A stretch of 64,000 nt of DNA from Chitinophaga sp. (GCF_035538455.1 NZ_DATLKJ010000155.1:12766-76765); one strand, 5' to 3'; numbered from the stretch's first letter, positions 35,943-45,525 are shown. Made by a program: numbers and translations. The notes: generated by a model from the letters alone, not told the origin.

Positions 35943-37061
35943 TCATTGATGATAGTTAAAAATCTGTTCGATATCTACATAATATCTTCCGGAGTCCATA
36001 GGGTGGTCAAGTCCTATTTCCCGGCACACATGGGCTATAGCGGCGCCTCCGAGCATTACAGCGGAGGAGAGCTGTGGCCAGGTGCTGATGGTTTTACCAA
36101 TTTCCTGGAGTGATGCCTGCATTTTGGAGGACAGTGACTTAATATCCACAATCCGGTCTACCATCTGCATTCTTTCAGGGCCCTGCATGTTCCGTATCAC
36201 TTCGGGCGTAACTTCATCAGGAATGCGGCCGTGCAGGATAGGTCTGTCCGGGTTCAGGTCAAATCGTTCTACATCTATCATGCCGCGGTCGCTGGTGTCC
36301 ATTACTACAGGAATGCGTAGCTCCCGGGCTTTGAGCCTGCTCAGTATTTTGATGTCGAGGCTGTCGCATTCTTCTACTAATATATCCAGTTTTCCGCCGT
36401 TTATAAGAAAATCATTTATATTATTTTCCGTGATACCACTATCATAACAGATGACGGGGAGAAAAGGATCAATTTCGGCGATTTCCCTGGCCACCATCAC
36501 TGTTTTTAGTATACCGATTGTATGTACGCTGGTCCGGACGCGGTTCATGTTGCTGAGTTCCAGCCTATCGAAGTCGGCTATACGAAGTTCGCCGCAAAGC
36601 CGTTCTATAGCCAGGGCGATGGCTACTGACTGTCCTACGGACAGGCCAATAACGCCTATTTTACGGGTTTGGAGTTGTTCTCTCTCCGCAGTGGTTATTT
36701 TTTGTTTATTCCGGCTGGTGCGTAATTCAATGAATTCGGTTTCATCGAGGAGGTGTACCATACGGGAAGACCAGGGGTAGTATACCCAGACGCCGTAGGC
36801 TTCGGCCGGCGTATCGCCAAGATGGGCGGCCACCATTTGTTCCAGGGCGTCATCGGTCAGTCTTTCAGTGGGATGTCTTGATTTAATGAGTTCTAACAGC
36901 TGGCATGTTAATTCATCGGATATTTTTATCCCGGGATGTTGCTGTAACAACAAAGTGAAGGCGGATAATTGTTCAGGGTCCTGTAATCTGTAGAAGCTTA
37001 CTGTACGTTCGTCTTTAGATTGGTTGCTGTTCTTTAGCGCATTTGTAATCGTTTGATTCAT
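35943..37061 (-). CDS. ThiF/E1-like adenylyltransferase-family protein (Rv1355c/MoeY N-terminal-like)
   Basis: KIGVIGLSVGQSVAIAL nucleotide-binding loop, DFDRLELSNMNRV motif and WVYYPW segment. These resemble Rv1355c-family E1-like proteins as I remember them. Confidence 0.7.
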   Translation of the reverse strand: MNQTITNALKNSNQSKDERTVSFYRLQDPEQLSAFTLLLQQHPGIKISDELTCQLLELIKSRHPTERLTDDALEQMVAAHLGDTPAEAYGVWVYYPWSSRMVHLLDETEFIELRTSRNKQKITTAEREQLQTRKIGVIGLSVGQSVAIALAIERLCGELRIADFDRLELSNMNRVRTSVHTIGILKTVMVAREIAEIDPFLPVICYDSGITENNINDFLINGGKLDILVEECDSLDIKILSRLKARELRIPVVMDTSDRGMIDVERFDLNPDRPILHGRIPDEVTPEVIRNMQGPERMQMVDRIVDIKSLSSKMQASLQEIGKTISTWPQLSSAVMLGGAAIAHVCREIGLDHPMDSGRYYVDIEQIFNYHQ

Positions 37062-37072
37062 CTTTCTTCTGT

Positions 37073-37801
37073 TTAAAGCTTTCGTAAAAGCGGCAGATCG
37101 CTGGTGGCTGCTGACATGATCCGCAGGTCGTAGTCGACCTGCATTTCGCCTTTAGGACCTTTTTCTATCATCGTCTGTACAGGGTTATGTCGGAGGCTCA
37201 TCATCCTTTCCCTGTCTTCGGGATGGGCACTTTTGAGCTCATGTGGATCTTTCAACACAAGAGCGGTGGCAATCAGGTCTTCCTTTGGGTAATAAAAGGT
37301 GCCCTGGTTGCCTATATTGGTCATGATCTGGTATCCGGTTCTGATACTGTTTCTGAATGTGGTCTGGGCGCAAAAGCCCAGGAATGTGGTAATGGGAAGC
37401 TGGTTTAATACTGCATTTACCACTCTGAAGAGCACAATGCTTCCGATGCCCCAGCCTGCTACTTCGCGGGAATTCCACAATCCGCAGAATTCGCCGGTAC
37501 CTCCCGCTGCTGCGAGGTCTTTCACAATATCAAAGATCCGCGGGTCCATTGTATTAATGGCTGACTCGATCGGCAAAGGCACACTACCCCCTGCCAATTG
37601 AATCCTGCAGCCTCCGTACATTTTAGTATAATCATCATTGCTAACGGTAATAATATACGTATAAGGCTCATACATCCAATCCACATTAGCGGACGTAACT
37701 TTGGTTACGCCATAAGCCTCCAGCACTTTACGGTGACCTGCAATGTATTGCAAACACTCCTCTGGATACTCTATCGCCTTAAATACTCTTACCTTAAGCA
37801 T
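37073..37801 (-). CDS. hypothetical protein (242 aa), first gene of the E1-like/kinase operon; GNAT-like fold is only a guess
   Basis: Well-formed ORF 11 nt upstream of the E1-like gene. The only suggestive motif is EVAGWGIGS. No family is recognised with confidence. Confidence 0.6.
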   Translation of the reverse strand: MLKVRVFKAIEYPEECLQYIAGHRKVLEAYGVTKVTSANVDWMYEPYTYIITVSNDDYTKMYGGCRIQLAGGSVPLPIESAINTMDPRIFDIVKDLAAAGGTGEFCGLWNSREVAGWGIGSIVLFRVVNAVLNQLPITTFLGFCAQTTFRNSIRTGYQIMTNIGNQGTFYYPKEDLIATALVLKDPHELKSAHPEDRERMMSLRHNPVQTMIEKGPKGEMQVDYDLRIMSAATSDLPLLRKL

Positions 37802-38290
37802 GTATGGGGATGCTTTAAAAATAAACTTTGAATCACAACAGGGTAGAGAATTATCCCTTCCTGTTTATATAGCACTGATTATGTTAACAATGTTTAAAAG
37901 AGAAATAATTTAACCCCATAATCATAACATAATCATCAAACTCTGCATAGTTAAAGTGTTGGCAAAAGTTACAGGGATCACAGCTATATCTCCGCAGTTT
38001 GCATCTCCAGGGATAATTCCATTGTTGACAAAAATTAAAGCTAAACATCTTCACATGAAGGTAATGGTAAAATAGTATTATTTCTATAATTATCCATAAA
38101 CCCGGCTCCCTTTTTTGAATAATTGTATGCAGTGATCCTTCTGTCTTATTGGTTGTCAATAAAATAGACATCTGCAAATAACATACGGATGTAATATCCG
38201 TTTAGTACTGGTGTAAAATTTGCTACTTTTTTATCCGTTTACATTTAGATTTGTATCCGTCTCGATTTAAACCATTTCAATCCTTGCAAT

Positions 38291-39016
38291 ATGAACAAGA
38301 GAGAATTTATTAAGCTTACCGGCCTTGCCGGAGTAGCTGCGTTAAGCGGCCCGATCGGAAACCTGGCCGCAGCCGCTTCGCCCGTGAAAACCAGCCTGGG
38401 AGATCCTAAAGCACCATTCGTAGTACCAGCCCTTGCATATGCATATGAAGCCCTCGAGCCTCATATTGATAAGCTGACAATGGAAATCCATCATGACAAA
38501 CATCATGGTGCATATGTAAAGAACCTGAATGAAGCGGTAAACGGAACGCCGTTCGCCACTCTTTCACTGGAAGAAATTTTACACAAAGTAACAGAAAAAG
38601 ACAAGGCTATACGAAATAATGGTGGCGGACATTATAACCACTCCCTTTTCTGGACTTTAATGACTCCCAACAAAACTACGCCATCTGAGAAAATAAAAGC
38701 AGCAATAAGTAATAATTTCGGTACCTGGGAACAATTTCAGCAGAAATTCAACGATGCTGCCAAGACCCAGTTCGGCTCTGGTTGGGCCTGGCTCATCGTT
38801 ACTCCCGACAAGAAACTGAGCGTTATCAATACCCCTAACCAGGACAATCCCCTGATGCATAATATTGTAAAGGAAAAGGGCTCGCCTATTCTGGGTATAG
38901 ATGTGTGGGAACATGCCTACTACCTGAAGTACCAGAATAAACGTCCGGATTATATCAATGCTTTCTGGAATGTTGTTAACTGGGCTGAAGTGGAGAAGCG
39001 TTTTAATAATGCATAA
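38291..39016 (+). CDS. Fe/Mn-family superoxide dismutase with an N-terminal Tat-like export signal
   Basis: Motifs EIHHDKHHGAY and DVWEHAYYLKYQN. The N-terminus MNKREFIKLTGLAGVAAL resembles a KR-variant twin-arginine signal. Confidence 0.9.
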   Translation: MNKREFIKLTGLAGVAALSGPIGNLAAAASPVKTSLGDPKAPFVVPALAYAYEALEPHIDKLTMEIHHDKHHGAYVKNLNEAVNGTPFATLSLEEILHKVTEKDKAIRNNGGGHYNHSLFWTLMTPNKTTPSEKIKAAISNNFGTWEQFQQKFNDAAKTQFGSGWAWLIVTPDKKLSVINTPNQDNPLMHNIVKEKGSPILGIDVWEHAYYLKYQNKRPDYINAFWNVVNWAEVEKRFNNA

Positions 39017-39018
39017 TT

Positions 39019-39174
39019 GGTTTCTCGCCAAGGAGCAAAGAGCGCAAAGAATTTTTTAAGTTAGCCAAGAGCTGTTTGACAGCTTGTAAATATTGTTGGG
39101 GACTGCTAAAAAGTCTTATTAAGCTTAAAAAAATTTTTGCGCTCTTTGCTCCTTATGCTCCTTGGCGAGAAACC
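39019..39174. terminator. long inverted repeat (42/51-nt arms, 63-nt spacer) between convergent sod and glycosyltransferase genes
   Basis: ggtttctcgccaaggagcaaagagcgcaaa... pairs with ...tttgcgctctttgctcc(ttatgctcc)ttggcgagaaacc. The right arm carries a 9-nt internal duplication. Confidence 0.55.
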
Positions 39175-39190
39175 TTTGGGTCAGCCCCGG

Positions 39191-40813
39191 TTATTTCCGT
39201 TTAAAAAATACATATCCATTTTTTTCTCCGATCACTTCCAGGTCCGGATTCTGCCGGTATATCCCGCTATCGGTATTACGGCTGACGAAATAGACAGGTT
39301 TGTCCACAGCCCCCTTCAGGAGCCAGCCGGTATTGTAGTAATGCTTATTTCCCGGCGGCTGCATCCTCGAATAATAATACTGGCCGTAACTGTGATACCC
39401 CAACGTTTTCACATATACATCCCTGCCTTGCAGAGAAATAAAAAAGTCTATGACTGCGCCCTGGGAATAGCGTTCTATCTTGGGAGTGAAGTGTACAATG
39501 GTGAGCTGTATGGTGATGATGGTACCTGTGAACAGGCCAATGAGGCCATTGGTGATCTTTTGCCTGTATAGCATCACGGTGCAGATGATGATCAATAGCG
39601 TATAACCAATACCGTAGCATATTTCCGTTGCCGACCAGCTCACCTGTGCCTGCAGGTTGGCGGCGGCAAATTTATCACCAATAAGGGGGATCAGCTTATG
39701 GACATAAATACCCGCAACCGGCAGTAGTGTGATGGCAGTTCCCAGTAGGAGTCCTGTGATCAGCAACAGTGTAATGGTCCAGCCTTGCAGGCGCAGCCTT
39801 CCTTCTGAGATGCGGTATACCTGGTAGGCTGCAAGGAACGATAACGGGAGGTAACAGCCTGAAGAGTAATGAACAATTTTGGTTTTTACGATGGAGAAAA
39901 GAATCAGTATTACCCAGCATAACATCCACATCCATACCCTGAAATCTCTTACTTCTGCTGCCTGGTGTCTATGATAGATGGATTTTCTTTTTCCCTGGAA
40001 ATAAGTAAACAGGAAGATGCTGGCAGGGAAGCAGCCCAGTAGCAACACTACCCAGTGATAGTAAAAAGGTCCGTCATGTCCAGCATCAGCCGTAGTAAGC
40101 AGTCTTACCTGGTAAACTACAAATTCGTTCACGAACCGCCAGCCATGCGCGGTTATTTCATAACCAAACCAAAGAGAGGTGGTAATAATAGCACATAGTG
40201 CAATAAGACCGATATGAAGAAAACGGATAGTGATCCTGCCTTTATTCCACAGCCAGTATACCAGTAATGTAAGCAATGCTACCAGTATAGCTACAGGTCC
40301 TTTGGTGAGCACAGCAAGGCCAAGGAAGATGCCACTGAAAACGGCCATACGGGATGGCTTCCTGTGCCAGGCAATACGATAGGCAAAATAGACAGAGAGG
40401 AAAATAAAGTAATTGAAAGCCGGGTCAATAATACCTGATTTGAAGTAGAAGTGGGGTAGCCAGGAGCCGGCATATATCAGCACCCACCAGAGTCCGAGGC
40501 GGTCGTCTGCCAGTTTTTTACCTATGGCAAACAGGCTTACTAATGTGGCGATGCCTATGAGAGCATTGGGAAAGCGGGCTGCAAAATCACTCACACCAAA
40601 CAACAGCATACTGCCTGCCTGCATCCAGATAAATAACGGGGGCTTTTCCCAGAAGGGCTGGAAACCAATCTGAACCTGGCTGTAGTTATGGCTGACGATC
40701 ATCTCGCGGGCCGCTTCCGCAAAGTTTATTTCATCCCATTCAAACAGGTGCACGCTGCCCAGAAAAGGGATGAACAACAATGCAGCTGCTATGGCTATCA
40801 ACAGGTATTTCAT
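39191..40813 (-). CDS. ArnT-like / family 39 glycosyltransferase (polyprenyl-phosphate-sugar dependent, multi-TM)
   Basis: 540 aa with about 12 TM helices. The N-terminal EWDEINFAEAAREM...FWEKPPL region matches the ArnT/PMT-type DE-loop pattern. Confidence 0.75.
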   Translation of the reverse strand: MKYLLIAIAAALLFIPFLGSVHLFEWDEINFAEAAREMIVSHNYSQVQIGFQPFWEKPPLFIWMQAGSMLLFGVSDFAARFPNALIGIATLVSLFAIGKKLADDRLGLWWVLIYAGSWLPHFYFKSGIIDPAFNYFIFLSVYFAYRIAWHRKPSRMAVFSGIFLGLAVLTKGPVAILVALLTLLVYWLWNKGRITIRFLHIGLIALCAIITTSLWFGYEITAHGWRFVNEFVVYQVRLLTTADAGHDGPFYYHWVVLLLGCFPASIFLFTYFQGKRKSIYHRHQAAEVRDFRVWMWMLCWVILILFSIVKTKIVHYSSGCYLPLSFLAAYQVYRISEGRLRLQGWTITLLLITGLLLGTAITLLPVAGIYVHKLIPLIGDKFAAANLQAQVSWSATEICYGIGYTLLIIICTVMLYRQKITNGLIGLFTGTIITIQLTIVHFTPKIERYSQGAVIDFFISLQGRDVYVKTLGYHSYGQYYYSRMQPPGNKHYYNTGWLLKGAVDKPVYFVSRNTDSGIYRQNPDLEVIGEKNGYVFFKRK

Positions 40814-40912
40814 GCCTTGGTCCGTTTAAAAAAGAAAAGACTATGATCTGTGCGGTGTCTTTTATGAGAACCCCACAGACCATAGTCCGTGATCCAATTT
40901 AAATTTATTTTA

Positions 40913-41584
40913 CTAAAGGCTCGCGTTGGCCTTCAGGATAGCTTCTGTGCATAATTCCGGTGATTCTGTGGAGTCACGGAATTTGAAAAAACCACAAACG
41001 ATAACAGTACACAAGGTACCTAAGATACTACCTACGTATACATCAGCAAAAAAGTGCTGTGCCAGGTAGATGCGGGAATATGCTGCCAGCAGTGCTAATC
41101 CTATAAACAATAAACCAAGCTTTTTATTGCGTATGATAATTGCCAGGAAGCTGAACATGCCGAATGCTACGGTAGAGTGACCGGACGGGAAACTGCAGCT
41201 GCTGTGCACGGTTACCCATTTCACGGTATGCACCAATGCGGTTTCATCGCCAAAATAGGCGATGGGCCTGGGTGCATTGAAATAATGTTTTGCTATCTGT
41301 ACTATAATAGCAGCCAATAAAAATGTTGCCAGTCCGATAAAGAAAAGCCTGAACTTCTGCATAATCAGCATCAATATCAGGATGATCCCGAACATGATGC
41401 CATCTCCGAGATAAGTAATCCCAGTGATCAGCACATCTCCGATTGCGGAGTGTTCTCCGTTGATGCCTAAAAACAGTTCTCTTTGACTGTACGTTGCCAA
41501 TAATACTCCTCCTACTATGATCCATAGCAGAAAGGGCAGAAAGAATAATGAGTTCTTTCTGAACAGTGTAAACAGCGTTTTCAA
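40913..41584 (-). CDS. PAP2-family phosphatase (candidate lipid A / undecaprenyl-PP phosphatase)
   Basis: All three PAP2 motifs are present: KHYFNAPRP (Kx6RP), PSGHS, and SRIYLAQHFFAD (SRx5Hx3D). Multi-TM protein. Confidence 0.8.
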   Translation of the reverse strand: MKTLFTLFRKNSLFFLPFLLWIIVGGVLLATYSQRELFLGINGEHSAIGDVLITGITYLGDGIMFGIILILMLIMQKFRLFFIGLATFLLAAIIVQIAKHYFNAPRPIAYFGDETALVHTVKWVTVHSSCSFPSGHSTVAFGMFSFLAIIIRNKKLGLLFIGLALLAAYSRIYLAQHFFADVYVGSILGTLCTVIVCGFFKFRDSTESPELCTEAILKANASL

Positions 41585-41596
41585 AGTCTGTACGTT

Positions 41597-43033
41597 TTAA
41601 ATTGTAGGTTGTTTTTTAAATCTTCTTAAGAACTTTCTAACGTTCTGAATAATGCGAAAATAAAATTCTTTGTTGAATAACTGAGAATCATTCATCGCTT
41701 TGTAGATTAAAAATGCAGCAATCGGCAGCAAGACAATATTGGAGAGCCACATGCCCGACCAGGTGTACATAACGCCGCTTCTTGCCATTTTTTCACCTAT
41801 CATGAAAAATATATTAAAGATCACAAAGAAGATCACTGCAAATACGAGGGGTGTACCGAGTCCGCCCTTGCGGATGATGGATCCAAGTGGCGCGCCTATC
41901 AGGAACATTACTACGCAGGCTGCAGCCAGGGTGAATTTACGCTGCCATTCTACTTTGTGCAGCAGCATAACGGCGTGTTTGTCTTCAAACTCTTTGGTAG
42001 GGGTTTCCAATGCGCTTTGTGTTTCGCGCACGTTTTGTTCAGCCCGCTCCAACACGCTACGACGGCTCTTATCCGGGATGATGGCGGCAAAGTTCTTTTC
42101 TTTCAGTGGTGGTGCGCTTGTTACCCAGCCGGTATCTTTCCAGCGTGTAAAGGGAAAGCGAACGCTTACATAGGCATTAATTGTTTTGCTGAACTGTTTT
42201 TCCACTTTCTTTAGTGAGTCGATCGCAACATCCAGCTGACGGATGTTCAGCATCTGCTGATTGGACGCAAAGAGGTCCATGTTCAGCCTGTTGAAGGCAA
42301 AGGAGCTGAGATCAAATGCTTTGCTGTATTTTTTGAAACCCAGCCGTATCATGTCACCGGGCACGGTGTAGCCGCGGTTACCTCTTTCTTCATAGCGCCA
42401 TCCGTTGTCCAGGATAAAGTACAGGAAACGCTTATTGGCGGTGAGTACCATTTGTCCTTTTTCAGCGAGGATGATTTTTTCTCCGCCACCTGACTGGTAG
42501 TCGAAGATCATTACCTGGTGGATGGTCTGGTTGTCTTTATCTTTCTGTGCTACCTTAATCGTATAGCCGGGGATATCGCGGTAGAATACGCCTGCCTTGA
42601 TATTGAACGCTGGTTTGGAATTGGTAATATCGTAGAGGAGGGACTTGGCCTGCAGGTTGGCTACAGGAATCACGTAGTTGGCAAACAGGAAGGCCAGTAC
42701 CCCGATAATGGAACATACGAACAGTAGTGGACGGATGAAGCGCAGCAGGGATATGCCGGATGATTTCAGGGCTACCAGCTCAAAGCTCTCGCCCAGGTTG
42801 CCGAAGGTCATGATGGAGGAAAGGAGTACTGCGAGGGGCAGCGCGAGGGTTACCAGAGTGGCACTGGTATAGGCGATCAGCTGAATAATTACGCCTGTGT
42901 CCAGGCCCTTTCCCACCAGATCGTCGACGTACTTCCAGAGGAACTGCATCACCAGTACGAACAGGGTTACAAAGAAGGTGGCCACAAACGGACCCAGGAA
43001 CGTTTTTATAATGAGTTTGTCGAGTTTTTTCAC
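41597..43033 (-). CDS. LptF/LptG-family LPS export permease
   Basis: 478 aa. The N-terminus LDKLIIKTFLGPFVATFFVTLFVL is typical of the YjgP/YjgQ family, and a large periplasmic loop sits between the TM bundles. Confidence 0.75.
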   Translation of the reverse strand: MKKLDKLIIKTFLGPFVATFFVTLFVLVMQFLWKYVDDLVGKGLDTGVIIQLIAYTSATLVTLALPLAVLLSSIMTFGNLGESFELVALKSSGISLLRFIRPLLFVCSIIGVLAFLFANYVIPVANLQAKSLLYDITNSKPAFNIKAGVFYRDIPGYTIKVAQKDKDNQTIHQVMIFDYQSGGGEKIILAEKGQMVLTANKRFLYFILDNGWRYEERGNRGYTVPGDMIRLGFKKYSKAFDLSSFAFNRLNMDLFASNQQMLNIRQLDVAIDSLKKVEKQFSKTINAYVSVRFPFTRWKDTGWVTSAPPLKEKNFAAIIPDKSRRSVLERAEQNVRETQSALETPTKEFEDKHAVMLLHKVEWQRKFTLAAACVVMFLIGAPLGSIIRKGGLGTPLVFAVIFFVIFNIFFMIGEKMARSGVMYTWSGMWLSNIVLLPIAAFLIYKAMNDSQLFNKEFYFRIIQNVRKFLRRFKKQPTI

Positions 43034-43171
43034 TGATAATGCCTGATTATGAATATTTTTCGGTCATGGATGTCCGGTATTCCGGATGTGCTGAAATTTC
43101 CAAATATTTGTAAAGTTAGTATGATTTCACAAAGGAGCGGTCAGCAGCGCCTGAAAATACCGTTAAATTAT

Positions 43172-43789
43172 ATGGAAAATTTTTATCTGACGGAGGAAGA
43201 AGCGGCTATTGTGTACAGCCCGGAATTTATAAGATTGAAGAACAGTGCTATTGAGAAAGTGATGGTGTTGATGGGGCGGTTACAGGAAGCGCTTGCTGCA
43301 TATGACCGCAGTTTGGATTTCCCGTTTGAACCGGAGTGGTTGCAGCAGGGGCCTAAGATTTCGAAGGGAGAGCAGTATAAACAGCTACCCTGGGTAATGC
43401 TGGATTATCCCCGGTATTTCAGCAAAGATGCTGTGTTTGCGTTCAGGAGTATGTTCTGGTGGGGGCATTACTTTAGCTGTACCCTGCACCTGGCGGGAAG
43501 TATAAAGGAGCGTTTCGGCGCCATTCTCGCAAATGGCTATACGAAACTTGCCGATGCCGGCTTCCAGGTGTATTTGCCTGAAGACCCGTGGGAGCACGAC
43601 TTTGAAGAGGGAAATTACCAGCCCATAGCCAGTATGAGTGACGAAGACTGGAAGTTACAAGTAGGACGGCATAGCTTTGTAAAGCTGGCAAAACCTTTTA
43701 CACTGGAGCATTGGGGAGAAGTGATCAATGAAATAGTGACGGCTTATGCTGCCTTGCTTAACCTGTTGAACAATGAAGGCCGGTTTTAG
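43172..43789 (+). CDS. hypothetical protein (205 aa)
   Basis: ORF trimmed to the ATG at 43172 (MENFYLTEEEAAIV...). No family recognised. Confidence 0.5.
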   Translation: MENFYLTEEEAAIVYSPEFIRLKNSAIEKVMVLMGRLQEALAAYDRSLDFPFEPEWLQQGPKISKGEQYKQLPWVMLDYPRYFSKDAVFAFRSMFWWGHYFSCTLHLAGSIKERFGAILANGYTKLADAGFQVYLPEDPWEHDFEEGNYQPIASMSDEDWKLQVGRHSFVKLAKPFTLEHWGEVINEIVTAYAALLNLLNNEGRF

Positions 43790-44166
43790 TTACCGATGCG
43801 ATGGAAGAGATCTTTCACCTGTGAGTCCCATAATTGGCTCTGATCAGTGATTTCTTTCTTTTCAGCAAAATCTTTAACTACCAGAATGGTCATGTTTGTT
43901 ACTTCGGAGATCTGTATACGGAACTCGAAGTATTCTTCTTTTGGAGAGTTTACCCAGTGTAACCTGATAAATTCATCCTCTTCCTGTTCCAGGATCTCTG
44001 CTTCTTCAGAAGTGCCGTTCCATGAGAAAGAAAAAACATTATCCCTGAAATCTACTTTGTCGGCAAACCATTCCTGCAGCCCGGCCGGTGTAGATAAGAA
44101 CTCATACAGGATACCGGGCGAGCATCTAACCGGAAACTCCAGCTCATAAAGCACTTTCTTAGACAT
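43786..44166 (-). CDS. START-like/SRPBCC-fold small protein
   Basis: 126 aa. YELEFPVRCSPGILYEFLSTPAGLQEWFADKV resembles the START-like domain family as I remember it. Confidence 0.55.
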   Translation of the reverse strand: MSKKVLYELEFPVRCSPGILYEFLSTPAGLQEWFADKVDFRDNVFSFSWNGTSEEAEILEQEEDEFIRLHWVNSPKEEYFEFRIQISEVTNMTILVVKDFAEKKEITDQSQLWDSQVKDLFHRIGN

Positions 44167-44461
44167 CTCTCAAATAATTAGTAAATCAATATCATCCAGT
44201 TGCAATTATAGAAAATATTTTATTCTATCAAAATAATTTACGGTTTTTTTTTAATTAATCTTACAAATGACCAACAGATTATTTTATAAGTATATATTAT
44301 CAATATAAATAATGTTAAAAAAATACATATGGTAAACTACCCATTTAACGGTGACAGTGGCCATTTTCCTAAAAAAATTACAAGCTCGTAACTCTCAATC
44401 GATTTTGTTTGGAAATGATTTAAAAACGACAGATTTTTTTTGGTTAGCGTCTAAAAAAAGT

Positions 44462-44469
44462 TATTTTTG
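44462..44469 (+). promoter_or_regulatory. Bacteroidota -7 promoter box (TATTTTTG) upstream of rpoD
   Basis: Exact TAnnTTTG match 55 nt upstream of the ATG, within a ~350-bp AT-rich leader region. Confidence 0.4.
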
Positions 44470-44523
44470 TCAGGCATTCATCAAATCTTAACTTTTTCTT
44501 AACCTGTAACTGTTCCGACTCTT

Positions 44524-45396
44524 ATGTCAATGCGCCAACTCAAAATCACTAAATCCATTACCAACAGGGAATCTCAGTCCCTCGAAAAGTATTTGCAGGA
44601 GATTGGGAAAGTGGATTTAATTACGCCGGAAGAGGAAGTAAACCTCGCCATCCGGATTAAGCAGGGCGATCAGAGAGCATTGGAAAAGCTCACTAAGGCT
44701 AACCTTCGCTTTGTGGTATCCGTTGCCAAACAGTATCAGAACCAGGGTCTGTCGCTCAGTGACCTGATCAACGAGGGCAACCTGGGGTTAATTAAAGCTG
44801 CTCAACGTTTTGATGAAACGCGCGGTTTTAAATTTATCTCCTACGCGGTGTGGTGGATCCGCCAGTCTATTTTGCAGGCTTTGGCTGAACAGTCCAGGAT
44901 TGTTCGCCTTCCTCTTAACAAAGTGGGGTTGAGCAATAAGATCAGCAAGGCGTATTCACAGCTGGAACAGGAGTTTGAAAGAGAGCCATCTCCCGATGAA
45001 CTGGCCACTATTCTGGAAATCAATACAGATGAGGTGGAGGCTACACTGGGTGTTGCGGCCCGTCACGTTTCGATGGATGCGCCTTTTATCGATGGAGAAG
45101 ATAACTCTCTGCTGGATGTGCTTGAGAATCCGAACGCAGTCAGTGCTGATGAGGAGTTGGATCATCATGATTCTCTCCGCCGCGAAATTGAGCGCTCCCT
45201 CTCTACGCTGACAGACCGCCAGAAAGATGTGATCATGCTGTATTTCGGTATTGCCGTGGAACATCCTATGTCGCTGGAGGATATCGGGGAGAAATTTGGT
45301 CTCACCCGTGAACGTGTGCGCCAGATCAAAGATAAGGCGATCACCAAGCTGAGAACTACTTCCCGCAGCAAGCTGCTGAGAAACTACCTCGGTTAG
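44524..45396 (+). CDS. rpoD: primary RNA polymerase sigma factor (short Bacteroidota-type RpoD/SigA)
   Basis: 290 aa with region 2 ([12 protein letters not shown]), region 3, and region 4.2 ([22 protein letters not shown]). Confidence 0.9.
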   Translation: MSMRQLKITKSITNRESQSLEKYLQEIGKVDLITPEEEVNLAIRIKQGDQRALEKLTKANLRFVVSVAKQYQNQGLSLSDLINEGNLGLIKAAQRFDETRGFKFISYAVWWIRQSILQALAEQSRIVRLPLNKVGLSNKISKAYSQLEQEFEREPSPDELATILEINTDEVEATLGVAARHVSMDAPFIDGEDNSLLDVLENPNAVSADEELDHHDSLRREIERSLSTLTDRQKDVIMLYFGIAVEHPMSLEDIGEKFGLTRERVRQIKDKAITKLRTTSRSKLLRNYLG

Positions 45397-45482
45397 GCTG
45401 TTGATGGGATTGATTTGTGTGATTGTCCTGATGGGGAGAATAAAAGATTGTATTGATTAAACTTAGTTGTAATAAAGTCGAA

Positions 45483-45525
45483 AGACCCACCCGGTTGCAT
45501 TACTGGGTGGGTCTTTAATTTTTAT
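45483..45525 (+). terminator. rho-independent terminator of rpoD
   Basis: 10-bp GC-rich stem agacccaccc / gggtgggtct followed by ttaattttta. Confidence 0.65.

Noticed and set aside
37884-38177. 97-aa ORF upstream of the E1-like operon as an annotated CDS
   Set aside because: It lies in very AT-rich DNA, its first start is TTG, its composition is atypical, and no family is recognisable. I did not annotate it as a gene. It is mentioned only as a possible precursor-peptide candidate to test.
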